Source: the human T2T-CHM13v2.0 reference genome, Homo sapiens
Assembly: GCF_009914755.1 (NCBI RefSeq)
Contig: NC_060937.1
Reading direction: 5' to 3' (one strand)
Length of the DNA stretch: 64,000 bases
Made by a program: the position numbers and the translations under genes. Position 1 is the stretch's first letter. The number at the start of each line of letters is the position of its first letter. Below, one piece after another: positions 51,024-64,000 of the stretch. A model generated the notes under the pieces. That model worked only from the letters and a program-made list of their open reading frames with translations, did not search any database and was not told the DNA's origin.

Positions 51024-53580
51024 CTGAAAAGGAATGGTTATTCCATTACCTAACAACATTTAGACTAAGTAATTTTAAAAGCTTAAAGATGAAAAGAATG
51101 AGCTAACCCTTCTGCACAGGGACATATCCAATTCTGTACAAATGAGAAATGACAGTTTGGCCTAAGTAAAGAAAACCTATGAATTTAACCATCAAATCTG
51201 CAATTACCAAATATTAAAGAAAAGAAAAAAGAAACTGGAAAGAAGAAGGTGAAACTGCCATCTAACAAGAGGTATCAAATAATTATGAAAGTACTTTATG
51301 CACCTAAAGTGGCAGCTATTTTTTCAATTTAAGCTTCCAACAGATTTTAAGTCCAAAAGCCTTTTAGTATTTAAAAGACTGTATCTTTAGATCAGTAGGC
51401 TTTAAAAAGTATTTTACAGTATAATCACAATGAGGAGGTATATGATGGATGATAAGAAGAAAGGAGCACAGATTAGAAAAAGGATCTGAATGCTGAATCT
51501 TAACAAATGCAATCTAATTAAGTAGTTTCAAGAGTCTAAAACACCCTAGTAGATTAACAAAGCATTCCACAGCTGGAGTTGTTAAGGAGTGGCTCTTTAA
51601 CAGAGGAAAAAGGCTTAAAATCAGTACGTTGGAGCTATCTACATACATTTTCACAGTACCTATATGGTGCAAATAGGTGCTATAAAAGTGCTTTAAAAAT
51701 TATTTATTAAACAATCATCCTCTAGCCTTTTCTAATCAATTTCCTTGACAAATTATTCTTTTTCATATAGTAATAGCTCAATATCAACCATGAAAATTAT
51801 CTAAGATTTCTAAATTAATGAAATCTAAGTAAAACTTAACTACTTTAAAATAGTTTAAAACCTATTCAGAAATTATAATTAAGATACGATTTTCCAAATT
51901 TCCTTTAGTTTCCTTTCCAGTCGTTTTCAATAGTTAACTTTCCAATAGTTTTCCTTCAGTTCTTGAATACTAATCCATAATAATATATAGGTGAGTGAAA
52001 ATACAGGCAAAAAGAAAGAGGTACATTTTGATATAGGAAATACACCTCGTAATTTTCATTTTTAAGTTTACAGGCCTACTTCACTTTGAAAATGAAAAAC
52101 AACTCACAAAAAACCAGATCTTGCTCAGATTAATATTGGTCTAAATTTAGAATTTCTCCTACAACAGGAACTTTACGTTAAATGCATCCAAATCTTTATT
52201 TATCACACACCACAGTATAATATAGATAAAAAGTACAACAAACTTAGATTTAAAAAACCAAATGTCCGAAGGTTAAGTTACACAACAAGTTAAATATGAG
52301 AGCTCACTGGAGAAAATGAATCTTTACAAACTTCCCCTAAGTCAGAACGCTTTCAGAATATAACTTCTTTATTTTGCCTGAAGTACCAAAACATAATAAT
52401 TCAACACTCATACTCAGAAATGAATAAGCAGATTTCTCTAAGTAGAAATTATTTTGAAATCACTGAGGAGAGCTGGTAAAGAGAGCTTGCTTTAAGAGTT
52501 AATAATTTATGAAGACTCTGAATTTGATAATGTATCATTTATATAAAAAATGTAAAGATGCTTTCAAAATGGGGTCATTATTTGAAAAAGAAAGTGCAGC
52601 CTTTGTGAGAATATTATTGATGGAAGCTCCTAAAAATGATACAGGAAGCCCTTACCTAATTCTATTTTAGTGGACAACATTCTTCTATGTGATATTTTAA
52701 GAGGGAGAAATATTTATTACACTGCAAGACTTACATTTCAACCACTAGAGAAAAAATTTCAAACCAAAGCTAACAAAATCAGCAATGCTAAGCTGCTACC
52801 TCAAATGGCTGTTATAGATCTATTAACCTACCAGTACATCAATGAAATCATTTTAACATTTTCTGTAAATAATGAAATTTTTAAAGATTCTTACTGAAAA
52901 TCCATGTATATTCAAATCAGAAGCAGTATTTTATATATAAATACCACTGAGAAAATTTTATGAGAAGTACATCAAATTAGGCTGTTTGCAATATTTGTTC
53001 TCAATATTAAATTATGAAATGAGCATACACAGCTTATTAGTTTTAAGCATTTCTAATATCTAAGCATAAGGGAAGGCTACACCTATTTAAGCTATGAAAT
53101 AGAAGGCACTATGTTTCTACAAAGACTGATTTCTACTCAAATGTGCTACAACTGACTGATCTAAAGTTGAACTTAATGGTTTATAAATTTACCGATTATT
53201 CATTAACCTGGACATTCTACATACATTGGAAGTATCTTTTTATTCTTTACCTATTATCACCCATTCATACTGGTTCTAAGGCACTTCTACAAAGAAAACA
53301 AATTCTTCACAAATTCCTCTAAGTATCCAAAACAGTCCTAGCTGGCAGTAAGAAGAAAAGGAAAGAACATGCTTAACAGAAGCAGTGTGTCTTTTATCTC
53401 TAGACCCTAGAAAAGTGCTTGGCACACGGAATAGGTAACTCAGTAAATGCTTTACAAATAAGTTACTGATCAAAAAACAAAGGAGAATTTTGTCAAGTGG
53501 CCGATATCTAAAGTAGACACTAAAAAGTTCAACTTTCTAATCCTAAAGAAAACAAAAAATTTATCAAAAGTATAACTTTC

Positions 53581-53931
<351 letters not shown>

Positions 53932-54825
53932 TTAATTTTTTAGTATAGTTAGCAGAAATTTCAAAGGTATTATCCTGAGAGATGATACAAATGTTAGCCA
54001 AATTGCAACAATTACAGATTTCTAATATTCTTTTTCAGAGATTTAAAAGTAGTACAAAAACCAGATACTGCCAGAATATCCAATTTCAAAAAGGGAGAGA
54101 TCTTACCCGATAACAAAACAAAAAGGCAAAAAAAAAAAAACCCACCCAAGTTCTTCGGAATTAGTTAACTAAGGTATTGTACTGACACTGGAGGTAAAGA
54201 TTATTTCTAAACCATAAATCTTGTGTGTATTATCAAATGGAATACACATTTTTTGAAAAAAAATAGGGAAGACTCTGAGCAAAGTTGTGTGTTAAAAAGA
54301 ATTTTTTTTTTAATTAAAAAAAAAAAAAACCAACGGGAAGGAAGTCTGAACTTAAGGGGCTGAATACCATCAAGAGGATATGTGCTTAATCATGGACAGT
54401 AATTTCCTAAAAGAGAAGAAAGCTGTAATGAAAACAGAAAAACCTAACTATTAAAGCATTTTTAGAGCTCAACATCTAGCCAAATTCCATTATCTGTATA
54501 TTTTCTCTTCAACCTTTTGGAAAATATACCATCTGAAAATGTTACCGGTATTCAAGTTAGTCCACTAGATATAAATATCAAGTATTTGTTAAAAGACAAC
54601 CAACAGATAACCCAAATGTGTTCATGCTCCACTGAGGTAGAAGATGAAGTAAAACAGATGAAAAAGAAACAATCTACAATATATATATTTTAGAGTAGTT
54701 AATTCACTATAGAATAAAAGATAAAAGGCAATCATAGAAACACAGTTGCATAAACTATATTGACTATAAAAAAGGATAAGGCAACCTAAGGGTCAAGAAA
54801 ACTAAATATAAAAATGATTAAATTT

Positions 54826-55129
<304 letters not shown>

Positions 55130-55263
55130 TTAAATTTGCCACTGACTCCTTAAAGTGAAAAAGGCTAGTATATGTCATTAAAAAAACCTTAGTAATTTTA
55201 AGAAGATCTCTAAATTGCTCTAACAAATACTTTTTTCATAATTAACCTATCCATTACTTTTAC

Positions 55264-55351
55264 CTCGCTAGTGTCTTCTTCGTCTTGCTAGCATGAAATA
55301 TTTAGCTTTATTCTTATAATGGCCAGCAGCACATTTTGGACCTATAAGGTA
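55264..55351 (-). other. Candidate 88-nt exon (78 nt from a second acceptor) with stops in all frames
   Basis: T16 tract then cag|TACC; donor GAG|gtaaag; purine-rich GAAGAAGA enhancer-like motif; internal AATAAA. Confidence 0.55.
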
Positions 55352-55426
55352 CTGAAAAAAAAAAAAAAAAGGATAATCTTCCTACTGTATTTTTTCATTC
55401 TAGGATCTTGGGTTGCGTTACGTTCA

Positions 55427-55800
<374 letters not shown>

Positions 55801-55879
55801 AGAAAGACCATAGCAACAAAACCACTTACGTTTTGCGAATTAGGCTGCCTTTACATTAATTCCTTTGGGTCTTTATCCA

Positions 55880-56890
55880 TTTATGACAAGGAAAATAATG
55901 TATCAGTCAATGAAACAAAAAAAGATGTTAAATAATTAAATGTAAAAGATTCTGATCAAGCAAGAATCATCAATGGATACTAAAATTAATGGAAGTATGA
56001 TGAGAAATAAGATTATTTACACAGTCTCAAAATATTCCCAAGACACGTGTTAATTACAAAGTGAAAAACAGTAACTTGATAGTTTAGAAACCTGGCAGGC
56101 ACCTCCTTAACCAAATGATCAAGATGACATCACCAATAATGGGATGGATCACAATCATGTACCTCCTTATCTACTAATAAGAATATACCATCACTTCTGT
56201 CATATCCTTGCCAAAAACGCACAGATTAAGGACCAATGAAACTACCTAGTATTCTTCAAAAGTGTCAAAGTCATGAAAGGAAAGAAAGAATGAAGAGCAG
56301 GCCTAGATTAAAGGAGATTAAGGAGATATGACAACCAAGTACAATATGAATTCCTAAACTGGATCCTGGACCAGAAAAAGATCATTTAGTAGACAAGGTC
56401 AAAATTCAAAAATGCCTAGAGTAGTTGGTATTAATTTCCTGACTTCTGTACTATGGTTATACATGATACAAACATTAAGGAAAGCTGGGTGACAGGTATA
56501 TGGGAATTCTGTGTGAAATACGTGTGTGTGTGTGTGTGTGTGTGTGTGTAGGTATGTATGTATGTACTTAGGGTGTGGCTCTGTCGCCCAGGCTAGGATG
56601 CGCTGAAACAATCGTGGCTCACTGCAATGTCCACTTCCCTGACGAGCGAACCTCCCACCTCAGCCTCACTAGTACCTGGGACTACAGGGACACACCACCA
56701 TGCTTGGCTAATTTTTGTAGAGACAGAGTTTCATCATGTTGCCCAGGCTGGTCTTGAACTCCTGGGCTTAAGTAATGTGCCTGCCTCAGTCTCCCAAAAT
56801 GGTGAGATTACAGGCATGAGCCACCACACCAAGCCTGTGTACTAAATTTTTGCAACTTTTGGTAAGTCTAAAATTATTTCAATAGAAAAT
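55880..56890 (+). mobile_element. L1MC/ME 3' relic containing (TG)n (56522-56549) and an antisense AluJ (~56570-56835)
   Basis: 'ggatcctggaccagaaaaag...tttttgcaactttt...aagtctaaaattatttc'. Confidence 0.7.
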
Positions 56891-57559
56891 TAAAAATATA
56901 GAACAAAACATCCTGAATATGGTTCCATACTCGACACGCCTATGGAATATCCACTGAGAAATTAAGAAACATAAATCTCCGATTTTTCATTCAGATGAAA
57001 AATTTAGTCCAATCTTTCTTTAAAAGCTAATCCTAATGGAAATGATAGCATTATGTCATGTTCTGTACTAATATCAGAAAAGTAACCAGATGTTAATAGT
57101 CTTTTTCTTTCCCTTTGGTAAACAGTTCTCTAGAGAACTTTAATTCAGAAGATAATATGTGAGAGATCAAAAGGGAAAATCTTTCCTACAAATAGAAAAA
57201 CAATGTTTACATTAAATAGCAAGTGTGGAAATTAACTCCAGACTACAGCAAGCATATCATAGAACAGGTGAACAAAAAAGCAAAAGTTCTTTCCAATTTA
57301 CATTATCATGTATGTTTATTCCTGCATTATTAAAACTGAAGACCTTCTCCTCATTTGTTTCTTCAAAAATTTTCGCAGGAAATAGAGTTTAGTGCCATAA
57401 ATATCCTCCTTCCTTTTTTTAAATTAAAATTCAAGAGATAAACTGCAATGTATTAATACCTTCACTTACAAAGTTGGTTACAGGTAAATATTCATAACTT
57501 TTTGTTTTAATTTTTAACTTACTGAGAGCTTAGTATATGGTAGGTAATGTATTATGCTT

Positions 57560-57930
57560 TTAAAAAAAGAGAAACAAGGTCTTCCTATGATGCCCAGGCT
57601 GGAATGCAGTGGCTAGTTACGGGTACAATCACGGCACACTACAGCCTCGAACTCCTGGGCTCAAGCAATCCTCCTGTCTCAGCTACCCAAGTAGCTGGAA
57701 CTACAGGAACTTGCCACTGTGTGCATTATTATTATGCACTGTATTATGCATTTTATATATATTGCCTCATTCAATCTTTAGCATAACCCTATCATATATG
57801 GAATATTATTATCACAACTTTACTTGATAAGGAAACTAAAGCACAAAGTGGTGAACTAACTCACCTAAGATCACATGTCTAGTAAAGAACAGGAAATTCA
57901 AAACCAGTTTGACTCTAGGACTCTGAGGTT
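57560..57930 (-). mobile_element. Alu monomer (57560-57725) followed by MIR
   Basis: Antisense monomer; MIR core 'gataaggaaactaaagcaca'. Confidence 0.7.
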
Positions 57931-58008
57931 TAATTTACATTTTTCCAAATCATATTATTTTGATTAACAACTGAGTACTTCTTTTTAAATACTTAGTATA
58001 TAGACTGG

Positions 58009-58195
58009 GGCTGGGCGCGGTGGCGCATGCCTGTAATCCCAGCACTTTGGGAGGCTGAGGCAGGCCGATCACTTGAGGTCAGGAGTTAGAGACCAGCCTG
58101 GCCAACATGGCGAAACCCCGTCTCTACTAAAATAGAGACACGTCACTGCACTCCAGCCTGGGTGACAGAGTGAGACTCCATCTCAAATAAATAAA
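58009..58195 (+). mobile_element. AluS with most of the right arm deleted
   Basis: Left arm joins directly to 'cactgcactccagcctggg'; flanking repeat aaatacttagt. Confidence 0.85.
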
Positions 58196-59263
58196 TACTT
58201 AGTGTATGATAAAAGCTAGAATAAACATACTGTTTTAAGTAGAATTCTGAAACAACTTCAAATTCATTTAAACATACATCAATTGACAGTTAAGCAAGCT
58301 AAGCTTAAGCAAGTTAACTTGTTTTGCCATTTCTATCAACCTAAGAAATAGGGAATTTTACAAGACAGTAAAACTATGTAAAAATATGGAGTTTTACAAG
58401 ACAGTAAAACTTCAAAATAAAGCGTAGCAAAATTTAACAACTTAATACCAGCAAGATAATCTAGGAAAAGATGTTTCTATTGAAACTAAAAAGCCCATAT
58501 CTAAACATGTTAAAATGGTAATCAGAAATTCCTTTCACCTTTTAAGTATCTTCAAAAACCAAGACACAAAAAGGATTTTTTCTAACTAGAATTTCTAGTT
58601 TACCTGATACATATCTATTGATTTGCATAACAAATATATAAGATAGACTTTTAAATGTACAAGAACTTCATAATTTAATAAGTTTTATTATCCTAACATA
58701 ATGTAAACATTATAGCAACAGTTTAAGTCACCATTTGTTATAAGCATGATTAAAATAATAATCTGACAATAATAAACTAGATTCAGAGCTCAATTCTGCT
58801 TAAAGACCCAGAGAAACAGTCTTTAGTTTATTACAGAATAGATAATAATCTGTATGAATGCTGTGGCTGACCTGAATTTTAATATATTTTAAGTATTACT
58901 TATGATAGCTTACAATATATCTATTCAAGTTCCTCCGTATATAATAAGATGAAAAGGTCATTGCCTTATCTCAACTTGAATTTAATAAAAAATATAAATA
59001 TGATATTAGACATCTGCAGAAGCAATCAACATTTTAGTTAAAACAGGGCGCTTTCCAATTCTTTATCAATAAAGTGGGGTAGGTTTTGTAAAAGACAGAA
59101 CACATCTACTTACAAATAAATCCTTTAATCTACTCTATCTTATTATAACTTATACAGCAATTGAGCCTAAAGTGACAAGGAAATATCAGTAGCTTCCACC
59201 AATCTCAGAAGGCATCCTCAGCCTTAGGGCCCATTTCAGCAAACTCAGAAATTAAGAAAGCCT

Positions 59264-59570
59264 GGGCTGGGCACAGTGGATCAGGCCTGTAATCCCAACA
59301 CATTAGGAGGCTGAGGAGAGAGGATCTCTTGAGCTCAGGAGTTCAAGACCAGCCTAAGCAACATGGTGAAATCCTATCTCTACAAAAAATTAGCCAGGCA
59401 TGGTTGCGCACACCTGTAGTCCCAGCTACTTGGAGAGGCTGAGGTGGGAGGGTGGCTTGAGCCCAAGGAGGCAGAGGTTGCAGTGAGCTGAGATCACACC
59501 ATTGCATTCCAGCCTGGGGAACAGGGCCAAACCCTGCCTCAAAAAAAAAGAAAAAAAAAAAAAAAAAGAA
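59264..59570 (+). mobile_element. AluJ
   Basis: Dimer; tail runs into GAA/GGC triplets. Confidence 0.88.
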
Positions 59571-60075
59571 GAAGGCGGCGGCGGCAAGAACAGCAAGCAA
59601 GCAACCAAGCTAGCTGTGTCTGTCAACTACTCATCTGGTAGTTGATTTCTATACAGTAATGAGGCTACAAACCAGAAAAATTTTAAATGTCCAACATGAC
59701 ATTCTAAATGTCAATACTGGAAAAAATAATTTGAATCCTGCTACCTTACTGACTATTCACAGTTTCCACAGCTATTTCCACTTTCCAAACATTTTAGGAA
59801 TAAAATTTTGATAGCGACTAATCCACGTCTGGAAAGTAAAATGTTGCCAAAAAGAAAATGAAAAGGTATTAAGAAAGAACATCAACCCACCATTAAATTA
59901 ACAATTTTAAAAATATGCTTTGATTTAAAAAGTATGTGGAGTCTAGTTAACATTGTAATAACTATCAGTAAAACTTCACAAAAGCCACAACGGATCTTAG
60001 TTTATGTCTTTGAAAGTGCTAATATTACTAGAACTCAAGTTCTTTATTTGGCAAGCTCCATTAAGAAATAAAGCA

Positions 60076-60396
<321 letters not shown>

Positions 60397-60519
60397 CTAG
60401 TGTACATTCCCTTCAGTTTTTAATAAGCCACTTCTTAAAATATTATTCAGAATACCAGATTATAGTATTTCTAAATAGAAGAAAAGTTTATTTCCCTACT
60501 TCCTTCAAAACCAATCAGC

Positions 60520-61533
<1,014 letters not shown>

Positions 61534-61535
61534 TA

Positions 61536-61712
61536 GGCTGGGTACAGTGGTTCAGACCTGTAATCCCAACACTTTGGGAGACTGAGTTGGGAGGAATGCT
61601 TGAGGTCAGGTGTTCGAGGCTGCAGTGAGCTATGATTGTGCCACTACACTCTAGCCTGGGCAACAGGGCAAGGCCCTGTGTCTAAAAATTAAAAGTAAAA
61701 AAACAAAAAAAA
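61536..61712 (+). mobile_element. Internally deleted AluJ
   Basis: Left-arm start fused to right-arm end. Confidence 0.8.
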
Positions 61713-61904
61713 GACCAACACTTTCAATCACTCTTATTTGGCACAGTAGTAAGAGCAGACACCATTTACGAACGACCAAGAACTTCACTAGGTGCATTAT
61801 ACACCTCTCTCCTTTACAAGGGTAGCTGTTATCCCCACATGAAGTTTATGCTGGCCATCGTAAAGGAATTCCCAAAAGAACCATGAATTCATTCCCTAAT
61901 TTAC

Positions 61905-62049
61905 CTGTATATCTTCAGAAATGTCTCCCAATAACCATCTTTTAGCCCCAAATCTTTTAGCAAATCTTATTCTCAAAATGACTTCAAGGTTTCTCCATTT
62001 TTGACAACCCTTTCTGTACTTCATATTTCATTTTTCTGATAAGCATAAC
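61905..62049 (-). other. Candidate 145-nt cassette exon with stops in all frames
   Basis: Acceptor 'tatttatccatttcctag|GTT'; donor CAG|gtaaat; purine-rich body. Confidence 0.4.
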
Positions 62050-62488
62050 CTAGGAAATGGATAAATAATAGACAAGAATGTTCAATTGGCTCCTTTACTT
62101 CACGAACACCATCAAGGGTTAACTCTCCAACATGAGGAACAGAGAACATAAAGCTAGTAAAATATCCCATACTGATGGCAATTGAAGCACGTAACAAACT
62201 GATCATTTCCCTACATTTATGAAGTTAACTAGTTCTTTCTAACTTATGTACAAGATTTCCGTCAGGAATATGCTACCACATAGAAAGTCTATTCCCCCAC
62301 TAAGGTCTGCAAACCATTTACAAAGACAGGGCCAATTAAAAGAGCCTGCAAATATGTCAGTGCCGCACTTCTCAAAATGTGTTCTTTAACATCTGCCAGA
62401 TCTCTACTTGTTACAAACACTCTCACATGACAATAATTATACTTTTATTTCTAATATGAATTGAATACTAATAGAAAATAAGGTGGTA

Positions 62489-62906
<418 letters not shown>

Positions 62907-64000
62907 TCATATATAAAATGAAGCAAACGAACATTTCTCAATCTGTGTTTCAAGGAACACTGGTTCTCCAGGTCAGTAACAGGTATTATATGATGAAAGA
63001 GTTGGATTTCAATAAAACCGTCTTTCTTCTTCAAAATGTATCGGTCTTCAATAAACTAAAATGTAATGTCAACTTCCAAAATATACAGACAAAAAGCATT
63101 CCCCCAAATTTCTGGGCTCTAATACTATTTTTTTTTTTCACTTTTAGAATCAGTATTAGAAAAAAACTAGTTTTGAAACTTTATAGATTTCAAAATCCAG
63201 TTCAATGAATGTTTGAAACTTAAAAAACCAGATATTGACTTATAATCTTACTTAAAACAAACAGCTTAATCCCATTCATTCTAAGGAGATAGTTTTCGGG
63301 CCCATATGGGACTGAGCATGGAAGAGATGGTCTTCAGGGCATAATGCCCATCTAAAACAATCTTTCAGAATGAAAAAGTTGAGAATCACTTAATTGGGGT
63401 AATGGTTCTATTTTAGAGTATTAACAAACTGCTACATGACGCTGTATTTCTTCCAAGTATTCCCCACCCCCATTTAAAAAAAGGGAAAGGTTGCTTTTAC
63501 AACAACTTATGTTTTTGTGAATTTAGGAATTTCAAAGAACTGCTCAATAATCACATATAATACTGTCCTGGCAGCATGAGAGTCAGCGAAAGAATTAATC
63601 CCTGATCGCTCCACTGTATGTAATGAATTCGCTATTTTCTTATGCATTTAGAATGATGGTGCTAGATATATGCCATTCTTAGAACTAAGAGAGTAGGCAC
63701 TCTTTTCCTGTAGGGATTGTCTTATGGACCCCAGGTGAGAAAGACTGCACCAAAAATGTCACAAAGGTACAGAACCGCTGCTTTAGAAAATTATGTATAA
63801 CGCCTCTGAACAAGTAAACAAGCTTTCCATTTTAACTTACAGTGCTTAAGAAAGGAATCACTCTTACTTAGCACAGTAATAAAAACAGCCATCGATTTAC
63901 AGAACTATCAAGAACTGAGCCAGGTGCATTATATGCCTTTCTCCTTTTATCCTCACAACAACAGCACGGGTAGCTATTACCTGCACATAACAGCTATGGA

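Noticed and set aside
58356-58411. 20-bp direct repeat with a 16-nt spacer (CRISPR-like look)
   Set aside because: Only two copies, eukaryotic context and no cas genes; a simple local duplication.

Overview
Primate (very probably human) genomic DNA: about 40 Alu elements (AluJ/S/Y), ancient L1M/L1MC relics including a ~7-kb near-full-length copy, L2, MIR and two MER47-type DNA transposon relics. No intact gene or long ORF is present, and most ORFs in the supplied track are Alu-, L1- or microsatellite-derived noise. The window appears to lie inside one large intron of a minus-strand gene that I cannot name: L1s and most Alus are on + (antisense), and the good splice sites are on -. The most informative region is a repeat-depleted block (~44.2-53.4 kb) plus outliers at 55.3 and 62 kb. 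It holds several minus-strand candidate exons that end in stop codons or a poly(A) site, i.e. a putative alternative-last-exon/poison-exon module. Other points of note: a ~100-bp non-Alu inverted repeat at 11.5-11.9 kb, a 3'UTR-only retrocopy with perfect TSDs at 31.0-31.5 kb, and several template-switch or tandem-duplication scars. I see no evidence of a wholly new biological system. All calls were made by eye; repeat boundaries and subfamilies are approximate.
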